Positions 1-10,130 are shown, counted from the first letter of the stretch. The stretch is 64,000 bases of DNA from Patescibacteria group bacterium (GCA_041674405.1 JBAYVT010000002.1:23158-87157); one strand, 5' to 3'. Notes: a model not told the origin generated them from the sequence alone. Translations and numbers: made by a program.

Positions 1-299
1 ACATTCCATGGGCGCACAAGCATGTTTGTAAAAAAACCATTCCAGATATCTTCTCCCAGATACAAAGAATCTGTTACCTCTATCCGGTAAATAAATGAGG
101 TAATCAAATAATAGGTGACCGTGCTTTTTAGTGAATAGCTCGCAATTTCGGCAGTCCCGGCAGTTGCATAAACCGATTTCCAAACAAGAAAGAAAATAAT
201 AAAAAAAACCATGTTAAAAAAGATCGACAAAGTAAAATCGGTCTTGTAGGCGGTGAAGCCTTTAAATTCAGTTAAAAAATGGAAATAATATTTCCTCAT
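1..299 (-). CDS. Partial membrane protein, ABC-2-type permease-like; N-terminal part, with the gene running off the window start
   Basis: Not in the ORF track. Minus-strand ATG at 299..297. Hand translation MRKYYFHFLTEFKGFTAYKTDFTLSIFFNMVFFIIFFLVWKSVY... stays open to position 1. Hydrophobic N-terminus resembles ABC-2 permease starts; family is a guess. Confidence 0.4.
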   Translation of the reverse strand, partial: MRKYYFHFLTEFKGFTAYKTDFTLSIFFNMVFFIIFFLVWKSVYATAGTAEIASYSLKSTVTYYLITSFIYRIEVTDSLYLGEDIWNGFFTNMLVRPWN

Positions 300-393
300 A
301 TTATCATTTTAGCACTATTAATGAGCTAGATTAATTAAGGTTAGCAAAAGATTAACTTGCCAATGCCGACGACTCCAACATCATAATCTAGCT

Positions 394-1338
394 TTATTTT
401 TCCCCTTTGCTTTCTTTCGTGCTAGCTGCTTTTGGGATCTCGGGTTTCTTAAGAGGGGCGGCTGGCTGCAGTTGGACTGGAGATTGGGGAATGTTCACTG
501 GCGCCGTTTGCTGTTTCTGGCCGGGCAAAAATGCAGAGACGATAATCAGGATAAGCCCAACTGCAAATAAACCCCCGCCTTCGGCCAAATAGAAAATGAA
601 AAAATCAGACCTAAATTTATTATAAAGATCCTGTACTAGACTGGCAAATTCTTTAATTTCAGTCATTCCGAGATTTGGCGTTGGTATATATCTTAATAAC
701 AATGATGCAAGCAATGTCAAGATGCCAAAAATCAAAAGGGCGATCCCTGGGATTCGCAATTTTCCTTTCCAGTTTGGCCACATTGCTGCCGAAAGGAGCA
801 ACAAGAGAGTCACTATTCCCAAATAAAGCGGTGCTGTGACATGGCGTTTGCCGATGATTTTTTGCGCCTGCTCCAACTCCGGTGGAACTGGGATAACATA
901 TTTTTCCTTAATTTGATTGATGAATTCTGAGTCTTGGGATGAAAGTTTTTGGATAGAGAAAGCCTGTTTGATAAGCGACAAGTCGATCGTCATCGTCTTG
1001 CTTCCTTTGTCGAGAACATTATTGAAGATCTCGTTTATGTTGTTTTCAACAGTAGTTTTGACTATCTCCGGGGAAATCATTGACATTACATGGGCTATAT
1101 ATTCATCACTTTGAGGTCCAGAATCCATGTTTTGATCCCCACCTTCCTTTTGTGCCAGATAATTCGTGATGGTGCGTGGATCAATTTTCATTAAACGGTT
1201 ATAAAAATCAACCTTTTCGAATGCGTTTTTATAGTATGTAGGACTTAATATTGTCCGCTCGGAATTAAAATAAAACAGTGCTGCCGGAAAAGTCAGGATA
1301 AATATAACCAAGAGCAAAATCGATAGAAATTTACGCAT
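394..1338 (-). CDS. Hypothetical membrane protein with an N-terminal TM helix, C-terminal TM helices and a Pro/Lys-rich tail
   Basis: 314-aa ORF. Hydrophobic segments: MRKFLSILLLVIFILTFPAALF, and LYLGIVTLLLLLSAAMW through GLILIIVSAFL. No recognisable catalytic motif. Confidence 0.6.
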   Translation of the reverse strand: MRKFLSILLLVIFILTFPAALFYFNSERTILSPTYYKNAFEKVDFYNRLMKIDPRTITNYLAQKEGGDQNMDSGPQSDEYIAHVMSMISPEIVKTTVENNINEIFNNVLDKGSKTMTIDLSLIKQAFSIQKLSSQDSEFINQIKEKYVIPVPPELEQAQKIIGKRHVTAPLYLGIVTLLLLLSAAMWPNWKGKLRIPGIALLIFGILTLLASLLLRYIPTPNLGMTEIKEFASLVQDLYNKFRSDFFIFYLAEGGGLFAVGLILIIVSAFLPGQKQQTAPVNIPQSPVQLQPAAPLKKPEIPKAASTKESKGEK

Positions 1339-1442
1339 AACCCCTCAACTTTCTAGTCCTTAGATAGTAGTCCTTAGTCTATTTTATCACTCAGGCTATT
1401 TGTTTGCTACATTACAGACTATGAACAACCGGCTTCGGACTC

Positions 1443-1584
1443 GCACTTAATTCTGGACGCAAGTCCAGATTAAGTGCTATATTACCAAAGTGACGATCAC
1501 ATTTTTGATCGTAATTGCGAATCCCGAGCCCGTCGAGGGTGAAGCAATCTTTGCAAAGATCGCCACGGCTTATAGCCTCGCGAT
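1443..1584. repeat. Cluster of GC-rich hairpins and palindromes (REP-like) in the eno upstream region
   Basis: Hairpin 1443..1477 (gcacttaattctggac / GCAA loop / gtccagattaagtgc, one bulge). Hairpin 1493..1512 (acgatca / tgatcgt). attgc...gcaat element 1514..1548 enclosing cccgagcccgtcgaggg. 14-nt palindrome atctttgcaaagat at 1547..1560. atcgc...gcgat element 1559..1584. Confidence 0.5.
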
Positions 1585-1586
1585 GA

Positions 1587-2894
<1,308 letters not shown>

Positions 2895-2910
2895 CACCGA
2901 AAAGGTGACT

Positions 2911-3573
2911 ATGCAGCCACGAGACGATAAATTCATCTACACCGACGGAATCGACTATTCCAAGACGTCTGCGGATTCCGTTTGGGGAACTGAAGAGAAA
3001 ATCACGTCGAAAATTATTGACGAAACTGTTACTTCAGGAAAATGGCTAAATCTTTGTGCTGGCGATGGACGGTTCAACAATCGCCTTCTTTCACTCGCCA
3101 ATCAGGTTATCGCAGCAGATATTGATGAAAGCGCATTAGAAAAATTGACAAGAATCACGCCAAAAGAGTTGGAAAAAAAACTTAAGACAAAGATACTGAA
3201 TGTGACCGAGAAATTTCCATTCAAAGATGCGGAGTTTGACGGAATATTCTGCTCCGGCACATTACACCTGTTCCCTGAGGATATTCTTCGCAAAATCTTC
3301 AATGAAATGGATCGGGTGCTAAAGCCAAATGGTAAAATAGTCATTGATTATGCAGCCGATATTCGAAGAGAATACCCGAACGGTTCGCTCTGGGTAATCG
3401 AAAACGAGCCCAATTATTCTCTCAAAGACGCCAAAGAATTGCTTTCAAAAATGTTTTCAAACTATTTAGTGGAAATGTTCGCTGACAAATCAGAGCCAGA
3501 AAGAGTGTCGTTTAACAACAAAGAATATCAATTTTCCTCCAATTTCATTTTAATCAGAGCACGGAAAAAATGA
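2911..3573 (+). CDS. Class I SAM-dependent methyltransferase
   Basis: The track ORF 2743..3573 overlaps the eno 3' end. The plausible start is ATG 2911 (MQPRDDKF). Motif I-like LNLCAGDGRF and post-I ADIDE. The stop overlaps the gpmI start (ATGA). Confidence 0.78.
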   Translation: MQPRDDKFIYTDGIDYSKTSADSVWGTEEKITSKIIDETVTSGKWLNLCAGDGRFNNRLLSLANQVIAADIDESALEKLTRITPKELEKKLKTKILNVTEKFPFKDAEFDGIFCSGTLHLFPEDILRKIFNEMDRVLKPNGKIVIDYAADIRREYPNGSLWVIENEPNYSLKDAKELLSKMFSNYLVEMFADKSEPERVSFNNKEYQFSSNFILIRARKK

Positions 3574-5057
3574 CCAAGCCAAAAGTCATTTTAATCATTT
3601 TGGATGGGTGGGGAATCGGCGAAAAGGATGAAGATAACGCCATTCACCTCGCTAAGACTCCTAATTTCGATAAACTCTGGGAGTCTTTTTCTCATGGCAA
3701 GATAAAGACCTCCGGCGTTGCTGTTGGTTTGCCGGCAGGGCAAATGGGCAATTCCGAAGTAGGCCACCTAACTATCGGCTCCGGTAGAGTAATTGATACT
3801 GATCTTGTCAAAATTTCTAAATCGGCAGAAAGAGGAGAGTTCTCCGCAAATCACGCATTTAAATCCGTATTTGACCATGTGAAAAAGTATGATAGCATCT
3901 TACACATTCAAGGTTTGATCGGTCCAGGTGGCGTTCATTCTCATTCCAACCATTTACTTGCAATCCTCAAGGCAGCAAAAGCTACGGGCATTGAAAAAAT
4001 TGCACTCCATGCATTTACCGATGGCCGCGACACAGACGCCAAAAGTGCGAACAAATATCTAAAAGAGTTAGAAAATGCTATTGAGGAAATCGGCGTTGGC
4101 TTTATAGCTACGGCAGTCGGCCGGTTTTATGCCATGGATCGCGATGATAATTGGGATCGTTTGAAAGTTGCCGAGGATGCGATCTTCGGCGGAGTTGCAA
4201 AAACGGTTGTCCGTAAAAAACCATCCGAAATTATGGAGGAATTATATGAATCAGGCATCACCGATGAACATATCGAACCGCACATTTTTCTAGATGAAAA
4301 AGGCAATGGTTATAAAATTGGAAAAAATGACGGTGTCATATTTATTAATTTCCGCGCTGATAGAGCCAGAATGTTTTCGAAAAAAATTCTCGAAAAACAG
4401 GAGGAACTCAATCTGTTTTTTGTCACTATGACTGACTACGGCAAAGATATTGATAGCGTCATCGCTTTCCCGCCAGATAACATTGAAGATACTTTGGCCG
4501 ATATTATTTCTGAAAATAATCTTACCCAATCTCACATTGCTGAGACCGAAAAATTTGCGCATGCAACCTATTTTCTAAACGGCGGCGTCGAAGATGAACA
4601 CAAAGACGAAAAGTTTATTCTGATCGAGAGCCGCAAAGATATAAAAACCCATGACCTTGCTCCCGGCATGCGAGCTTCTGAAATTGCTGATACAACCGTC
4701 GAAGAAATTCAGAAGGGGAGAGATTTTATCTTCGTAAACTTCGCCAATCCCGACATGGTCGGCCACACAGCGGTAAAAAAAGCGGTTATTGAAGCAATTG
4801 AGACAACCGACCGAGAGCTCGGAAAACTGGTAGAGACAGCACAAGAAAAAAAGTATGAGATCGTCATATCCGCCGATCATGGAAATGCCGAAGCTCCCGA
4901 TACTGCCCACACTGTGAATCCCGTCCCCTTGATCTATATTGGCGAAAAGTATTCTAAAGTATCTAATGGCGCCCTTTCCGACATTGCGCCAACAGTTCTT
5001 CAACTTCTCGAAATCAATAAGCCCTCGCGTATGACCGGTAAGGGCTTATTGAATTAA
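3570..5057 (+). CDS. gpmI: 2,3-bisphosphoglycerate-independent phosphoglycerate mutase (copy 1)
   Basis: 495 aa. ILDGWG, GNSEVGHLTIGSGR (catalytic Ser region), HAFTDGRD, NFANPDMVGHT, SADHGNAE. Confidence 0.93.
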   Translation: MTKPKVILIILDGWGIGEKDEDNAIHLAKTPNFDKLWESFSHGKIKTSGVAVGLPAGQMGNSEVGHLTIGSGRVIDTDLVKISKSAERGEFSANHAFKSVFDHVKKYDSILHIQGLIGPGGVHSHSNHLLAILKAAKATGIEKIALHAFTDGRDTDAKSANKYLKELENAIEEIGVGFIATAVGRFYAMDRDDNWDRLKVAEDAIFGGVAKTVVRKKPSEIMEELYESGITDEHIEPHIFLDEKGNGYKIGKNDGVIFINFRADRARMFSKKILEKQEELNLFFVTMTDYGKDIDSVIAFPPDNIEDTLADIISENNLTQSHIAETEKFAHATYFLNGGVEDEHKDEKFILIESRKDIKTHDLAPGMRASEIADTTVEEIQKGRDFIFVNFANPDMVGHTAVKKAVIEAIETTDRELGKLVETAQEKKYEIVISADHGNAEAPDTAHTVNPVPLIYIGEKYSKVSNGALSDIAPTVLQLLEINKPSRMTGKGLLN

Positions 5058-5069
5058 CTATCTCAAGAA

Positions 5070-5240
5070 TTATTCTACCTGCTTATTTGCGGCTTTTTTC
5101 TCCTGGCAACCGCAGGTGCAATCCGGGCCACATGTACAACAATGGATACATGTAGGCTCTTCATGACACGAACATTTTGCATTCTCATCTAGAGGCATAC
5201 CGCATGCCACACACTTTTCCGGTTCACTAGATTCTGACAT
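5070..5240 (-). CDS. Small cysteine-rich protein (56 aa, 11 Cys), metallothionein-like or metal-binding
   Basis: Below the track cutoff. Hand translation: MSESSEPEKCVACGMPLDENAKCSCHEEPTCIHCCTCGPDCTCGCQEKKAANKQVE, ending at a TAA stop. RBS aaaggagaaat lies immediately upstream of ATG 5240..5238. Confidence 0.6.
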   Translation of the reverse strand: MSESSEPEKCVACGMPLDENAKCSCHEEPTCIHCCTCGPDCTCGCQEKKAANKQVE

Positions 5241-5252
5241 ATTTCTCCTTTA

Positions 5253-5319
5253 CCCCGAGCGAAGTCGAGGGGTTTGCCCCGAGCCTGCCTGCCGACAGGC
5301 AGGTAAAATCGAGGGGTTT
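5253..5319. repeat. GC-rich short repeat module (ccccgagc ... tcgaggggttt, twice) enclosing an 8-bp hairpin
   Basis: ccccgagc at 5253..5260 and 5277..5284. tcgaggggttt at 5265..5275 and 5309..5319. Hairpin cctgcctg/ccga/caggcagg at 5284..5303. Related core cccgagcccgtcgaggg at 1523..1539. Confidence 0.45.
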
Positions 5320-5340
5320 TTAATTGCGACTTAATTTTAT

Positions 5341-5730
5341 CTAATTCCGCAAGAAAAAACCACGGCAATTCTCACTACCGCAATTGCATGGCATCTTTTC
5401 TCCGCCCTGTTCTGTTTTATTGTAATCACAAGTAATTTCATCACCGGTGGAAATTGGTTTTAAGGCATTTAGACAAACTTCATCTCCAAGAATCAGTTCC
5501 GCTTTCGGATCGCAAGAATGGTTCATATAGTTCAAAATTTCCGGATCGTCTACAAATTTATTTTTACCAATTTTTGCGTATCCAGACTTTGGTTTCGAAT
5601 GAATATTATCCATCGGCACATCATAAAATTTTTTTCCAGCAGCAATATTCTCTGTCGCAAAAATTCCAATGCCATGGATTTTACTTTGAGCTTTTTTCAT
5701 CGATAAGCCGTTCTGTATATCCTGAATCAA
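5341..5730 (-). CDS. SET-domain protein (putative protein lysine methyltransferase), minimal size
   Basis: 129 aa. GIGIFATENI, NHSCDPKAEL, ISTGDEITCDY, and a C-terminal Cys cluster CNCGSENCRG (post-SET-like). The start may instead be M11 (5700). It overlaps the end of the upstream gene. Confidence 0.8.
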   Translation of the reverse strand: MIQDIQNGLSMKKAQSKIHGIGIFATENIAAGKKFYDVPMDNIHSKPKSGYAKIGKNKFVDDPEILNYMNHSCDPKAELILGDEVCLNALKPISTGDEITCDYNKTEQGGEKMPCNCGSENCRGFFLRN

Positions 5731-6331
5731 TTAATTCGCGAAAAGCTTTCAGGACCTTGTTGGGTACATCCTGATAAATCTGAAAACCCATTTTGGGATA
5801 TTCGATTATCCTCTGCAAATCACCAACCATAATATTTATGAGATAATCTTGCGGATAATTTTCGTCAGCATAATCAATAAAGTCAATTTTGGGCGAAGTT
5901 ACCACAAATTCCTTTCCAGGCCATTGCTTTGCAAATGTAGCGTAAGTTCTACGTTCCATATAAGGCTTCTGAACAATGATGAATGAATCAATCTTCAAAT
6001 TCTTTTTGTCCAATAATTTCCGAGTGAACTGAATATTCTCGCCAGTGTTGGTAGATTTGTTTTCGATAATAATCTTGTCTTTCGAAACTCCCATGCCAAT
6101 AGCGATGTCGGCAAAAATTTCTGCTTCAGATTTTTCAAAAGACCGCACGCCGTGACTACCTGAGAATATTAGCAAAGGAGCATATTTATCAAGAAACAGA
6201 TCGGCGGCTCTTTTGGCTACACGTTTGTCATGAGACCCCAAAGCCAAAATAGCGTCAGCTTTTTTAAGCTTCTGATTCATCAACATGTAATCCCAAATTA
6301 TTTGGGCATTCTCGATAATTTCTGCAGGCAT
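5681..6331 (-). CDS. DUF218 (YdcF/ElyC/SanA-like) domain protein
   Basis: 216 aa. ADAILALGSHD...LLIFSGSHG...ENKSTNTGENIQF matches the DUF218 pattern. Confidence 0.72.
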   Translation of the reverse strand: MPAEIIENAQIIWDYMLMNQKLKKADAILALGSHDKRVAKRAADLFLDKYAPLLIFSGSHGVRSFEKSEAEIFADIAIGMGVSKDKIIIENKSTNTGENIQFTRKLLDKKNLKIDSFIIVQKPYMERRTYATFAKQWPGKEFVVTSPKIDFIDYADENYPQDYLINIMVGDLQRIIEYPKMGFQIYQDVPNKVLKAFRELIDSGYTERLIDEKSSK

Positions 6332-7516
6332 TTATTGTTTTAATTTGCCGCCCTTTATTCCCATCTTCGAGGAATTAAGGCCAGACAAGAGAGCTGATTT
6401 AAATGTATGGGTGAAATCTTTCTTTGCCGCGTGCTTCTCTTCAGCAAATTTAATAAGCTTTGATAAAAGATCGTGGAGTGGCACTCCGCTTTTCTCCCAG
6501 AGGTGGTGATAAACGGTGCCAGGCAGGGGATTGATCTCATTTGCAAAAACTTCGTTAGTTTTTTTATCAAGAAGAAAATCGACCCGGGCAATCCCACAAC
6601 AACCAACAGAAGTATATACTTTTTTCGCCATTTCCTGAATCTTCTTTGTCATTCCCCTATCAAGGCGCGCAGGGATTACCAGCCCCGATTCCGCTTTCCC
6701 GAGCTGTGCGCCACCATCTTTTAGGTACTTTTCCTCGAAATCAAAAAGTTCTGCCTGAAAAACAGATTCTTGCAGTTCTGAAGCCGTTAAATCATCGTTG
6801 CCAATAATGCAGCAAGTCACATCCATAAGGTTGTCGACCCCCTCTTCAACCAAGACTTTGTCATCGTAATAAAGCGCGACTTCAATTTTATTTTCTAGAT
6901 CCTTCTCATCCTTCACTTTCGCAATGCCGATTGAGGATCCAAGATGTACGGGTTTCACAAAAACCGGCCATTTCATTTTTTGGATTCGATCGACAATGAA
7001 TTTTTTATTCGAATCCCAATCTTTTTTACGGAAAACTCCATATTTAGTTGTCGGAATTCCATTTACTTCACAAAGTTGCTTGGTAAGTGCTTTATCCATT
7101 GAAATTGCCGAGGACGCCACATCACAACCGACGTAGGGAACATCCAACATCTCAAACAATCCCTGTATTGTCCCATCCTCGCCATATGCTCCATGAAAAG
7201 CCGGAAAAGCGAGATCGATTGTGATCGATTTCCCAACAATCCCCTTTTTCTTAAAGACCATTTTCCCGCGCGAATTCTGAAGGTCGAGAAGGTATTGTTT
7301 GAAGGAGGTTTTTTCTTCTATCCTCACCTTGGGATCGGTAAAACTGGCAAGTTTGCCCAAAGATTCATCAATCATCCATTCACCATCGCGCGTGATATAT
7401 ACTGGAACTACATCATACCCTAGTCCACAAAGTCCGGAAATTATCAACTGGCCGGTAATAATTGAAACATCGTGCTCGGTACTCCGGCTGCCAAAGAATA
7501 CACCAATTGTTTTCAT
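6332..7516 (-). CDS. ddl: D-alanine--D-alanine ligase
   Basis: The track ORF extends to 7675. The plausible start is M54 (MKTIGVFFGSRSTEHDVS) at 7516, preceded by aaaaggagaaac. ATP-grasp motifs GEDGTIQGLFE and ARVDFLLD...EINPLPG. Confidence 0.93.
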   Translation of the reverse strand: MKTIGVFFGSRSTEHDVSIITGQLIISGLCGLGYDVVPVYITRDGEWMIDESLGKLASFTDPKVRIEEKTSFKQYLLDLQNSRGKMVFKKKGIVGKSITIDLAFPAFHGAYGEDGTIQGLFEMLDVPYVGCDVASSAISMDKALTKQLCEVNGIPTTKYGVFRKKDWDSNKKFIVDRIQKMKWPVFVKPVHLGSSIGIAKVKDEKDLENKIEVALYYDDKVLVEEGVDNLMDVTCCIIGNDDLTASELQESVFQAELFDFEEKYLKDGGAQLGKAESGLVIPARLDRGMTKKIQEMAKKVYTSVGCCGIARVDFLLDKKTNEVFANEINPLPGTVYHHLWEKSGVPLHDLLSKLIKFAEEKHAAKKDFTHTFKSALLSGLNSSKMGIKGGKLKQ

Positions 7517-7526
7517 GTTTCTCCTT

Positions 7527-8909
7527 TTAGATGTGCTGATCTCCCCAATCATTTTGAAAAAGTATAACATCACCCGGTTGTAGAATCTTGGATAATGAAT
7601 CATGCGCCGATTTCGCCGTTTCGTGCCAGATAATATTTTTATCGTCAAAACCAGCATTTTTAAGTCCTTCGGCAATATATGGGGTCGCGCTATTTTTAAT
7701 AAGAATTACCTTGTCGGCAACCGCTGATAATTTTTTGCCAATTTCGGTGTGAACATTTTTATTTTGGCTGCCGGACTCAACCAAACCAGGAGTGATGAAC
7801 AATTTACGCCTATCAGTAAATGTTGCAAGTACTTTGATTGCCTCTGTTACCCCTTGGGGGTTGCCGTTGTAGCTGTCATCAATCACAAGAACACCACCAG
7901 CACCCATGATTGGCTCAAGTCGGTGATTGACCGGTTTGATTTCGGAGATACCTCGTTTGATTTCAGCATTTTCCATACCAAGAGATTTTGCTACAAGATT
8001 GGCAGCTTGAACATCACCCAAAATGTATTCGCCCAGAATAGGAATCTCAATTTCTCCCAGCTCTGCAATCTCCGCTTTCCAGTGTAATTTGTCCACATCA
8101 AACTTTTTTGCTTTAACATCATTCGTGCTGAAGAATTTGACTTCTCTTGTACTGCAGTATTTTTCGTAATATTTTTTCACATTTTCATCATCGGCGTTTA
8201 AAAACACTCTGGCATTAGGTTTTGCATTTTCCACCGCTTCGAAAATTGTCGCGGCAATTCTCTCGATGCTGCCAATCCGCTCAAAGTGTGCCTCGTTGAT
8301 ACCGCTAATAACTTGAATATCTGGAGGAAAGATCCCGGCAATTCGTTTATTATCACCTTGATATTCTTCTCCAAATTCAACAATTAACATCTCTGAAGTT
8401 TTCTTATAATTTTTGATTATCCACGAGCTCATGCCAACAGCAGTATTGATGCTTTCACCCGGTGCCAACACCTTATATTTTTGCTTGAGCACAGATTCTA
8501 TTACGTTTTTAAGTGTAGTCTTACCGTAACTGCCGGCGATGCCGATAATTTTCAGCTTGGAATTTTTGACCAAATTCCGTGCTCGATTCATAACTATCTT
8601 CTTGGCCACATAATCAAAAGGGCTTAAAATCAGCAGCGAAAGCGTAAAATATATCGGCGCAATAAAAAACGAAATTATTATCCAGATAACGCCAGCCAAT
8701 GTCCCGAGTGTTAAAAATAGGTAGGTCGATACCGCAAAAATCGCGAACGAAAGAAGTGCCAGAAGCATTATTTTCTTTGTCCATACTAATCTTTTTCGAA
8801 GCGGTACATTTGCTTTATAAAACCCGCGGCGAAACAAAAGCCGAAAGTACCGAATTATTTCGTAATTCTCAATTTGCAAAAGATAAAGCTGATATGTAAG
8901 TGGATTCAT
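7527..8909 (-). CDS. Mur-ligase family protein (MurF-like) with an N-terminal transmembrane region
   Basis: 460 aa. About 110 N-terminal residues hold 2-3 hydrophobic helices (IMLLALLSFAIFAVSTYLFLTLGTLAGVIWIIISFFIAPIYF). These are followed by the P-loop GIAGSYGKTTLKN and the Mur ligase central and C-terminal pattern (DDSYNGNP). Adjacent to ddl. Confidence 0.8.
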   Translation of the reverse strand: MNPLTYQLYLLQIENYEIIRYFRLLFRRGFYKANVPLRKRLVWTKKIMLLALLSFAIFAVSTYLFLTLGTLAGVIWIIISFFIAPIYFTLSLLILSPFDYVAKKIVMNRARNLVKNSKLKIIGIAGSYGKTTLKNVIESVLKQKYKVLAPGESINTAVGMSSWIIKNYKKTSEMLIVEFGEEYQGDNKRIAGIFPPDIQVISGINEAHFERIGSIERIAATIFEAVENAKPNARVFLNADDENVKKYYEKYCSTREVKFFSTNDVKAKKFDVDKLHWKAEIAELGEIEIPILGEYILGDVQAANLVAKSLGMENAEIKRGISEIKPVNHRLEPIMGAGGVLVIDDSYNGNPQGVTEAIKVLATFTDRRKLFITPGLVESGSQNKNVHTEIGKKLSAVADKVILIKNSATPYIAEGLKNAGFDDKNIIWHETAKSAHDSLSKILQPGDVILFQNDWGDQHI

Positions 8910-9658
8910 TCTATAAATTCGTTTAGTAATTTAGTAAATTCTGCCGGCTTCTCCAAGAAACTAAAATGGCCGGCATTTTTGACAATTTCGAGACGTGAAT
9001 CTTTTATTTTTTTATGTATTACTCTTGCGTCTTCGATCGGCGTAGATTCATCATCTTCTCCCCAAACAACTAATGTCGGTGCATCAATTTTTGAAAGAAA
9101 AACGCTCAAGTCTTCGCTGATAAGATTTTTGTAGGTCTCCCTAAGTTCGGACGTTTCAAGATAGTCCTCAGAACCAATCCGTTTATAAATTAATTTTCTC
9201 AGCCCTTGCATAAACTTTGGTTTGAAAAATGGCTTGGCAATTTTTGCCATTCGATTATAATTGTCAGCCTTCGGTGATCTAATGCCTGCGCTATCGACTA
9301 GGACTAATCGAGATACCAGATCAGAATATTCAACGGAGAGTTTGATCGCAATCCGACCGCCGAATGAATGTCCGACGATAATCACTTTTTCACACCCAAG
9401 CTTGTCAATCAATCCAGCGACGACTTTTGCATAATCGGACACGGTAAAGACCGTACTTGGCTTCGGTGAAGATCCAAATCCCGGTAGATCAACAAGATAA
9501 ATTGAAAATAAATTCTGATCAATCGAGTCGGCAACATTTTTCCAAACCATGCCATCCGATCTCCAGCCATGCAAAAAAACAATGGCTTTTTTGCCAGTGC
9601 CAAATTTGTAATACGATACTAGCGTTCCACCAATATTAAGCTGCTCTTTCATAGCCAA
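8906..9658 (-). CDS. Alpha/beta-fold hydrolase
   Basis: 250 aa. HGW oxyanion region (VFLHGWRSDG), nucleophile elbow GHSFGG, C-terminal GHF. Confidence 0.8.
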   Translation of the reverse strand: MAMKEQLNIGGTLVSYYKFGTGKKAIVFLHGWRSDGMVWKNVADSIDQNLFSIYLVDLPGFGSSPKPSTVFTVSDYAKVVAGLIDKLGCEKVIIVGHSFGGRIAIKLSVEYSDLVSRLVLVDSAGIRSPKADNYNRMAKIAKPFFKPKFMQGLRKLIYKRIGSEDYLETSELRETYKNLISEDLSVFLSKIDAPTLVVWGEDDESTPIEDARVIHKKIKDSRLEIVKNAGHFSFLEKPAEFTKLLNEFIE

Positions 9659-9710
9659 AATTATAGCAAAAATTGGCCAAAATAGCCATTATTTATGGCA
9701 AAGAAGCAAA

Positions 9711-10130
9711 TCAAAGTTTCGTTAGATATTCGAGCACTTTTGGATGGATTGAGGTTGTAAAATATTTTGTAACTTCTGTCGGCTTTATCCACATAAGTTC
9801 TTTGAATGATTCCCCGGCTTGCTCCATCCCCTCATATGGCTCACAAAGATAATAGATCGAAAGAAATTCCTGTTTTTCCGGATAGGTTTTGGCAAAAACG
9901 ACTTCTTTAACGCGAACTTCAATTCCGGTTTTCTTTTTAACTTCTTTAATCAGACTGAATTCCAAATCTTCCTCATAACCCGGTCTGCCACCAGGAAAAC
10001 ACCATGAAAGCTTAGGAATGTTAGGGTCATTTTCACGCTTACCAATCAAAATCTTTTTTTGTTTCTCGTCGTAAACTATCGCCAACAAATTCACTACAAA
10101 TACTCCTTTTCCAAAAATATTGAAATCCAT
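9711..10130 (-). CDS. NUDIX hydrolase
   Basis: 139 aa. Nudix box GGRPGYEEDLEFSLIKEVKKKTGIEV. Confidence 0.85.
   Translation of the reverse strand: MDFNIFGKGVFVVNLLAIVYDEKQKKILIGKRENDPNIPKLSWCFPGGRPGYEEDLEFSLIKEVKKKTGIEVRVKEVVFAKTYPEKQEFLSIYYLCEPYEGMEQAGESFKELMWIKPTEVTKYFTTSIHPKVLEYLTKL

Noticed and set aside
6332-7675. Long N-terminal extensions of track ORFs: ddl to 7675, gap to 30486, prfA from 38558, methyltransferase from 2743, PPIase to 45767, hypC to 29335
   Set aside because: In each case an internal Met with a good RBS matches the conserved family N-terminus, and the extension overlaps the neighbouring gene.
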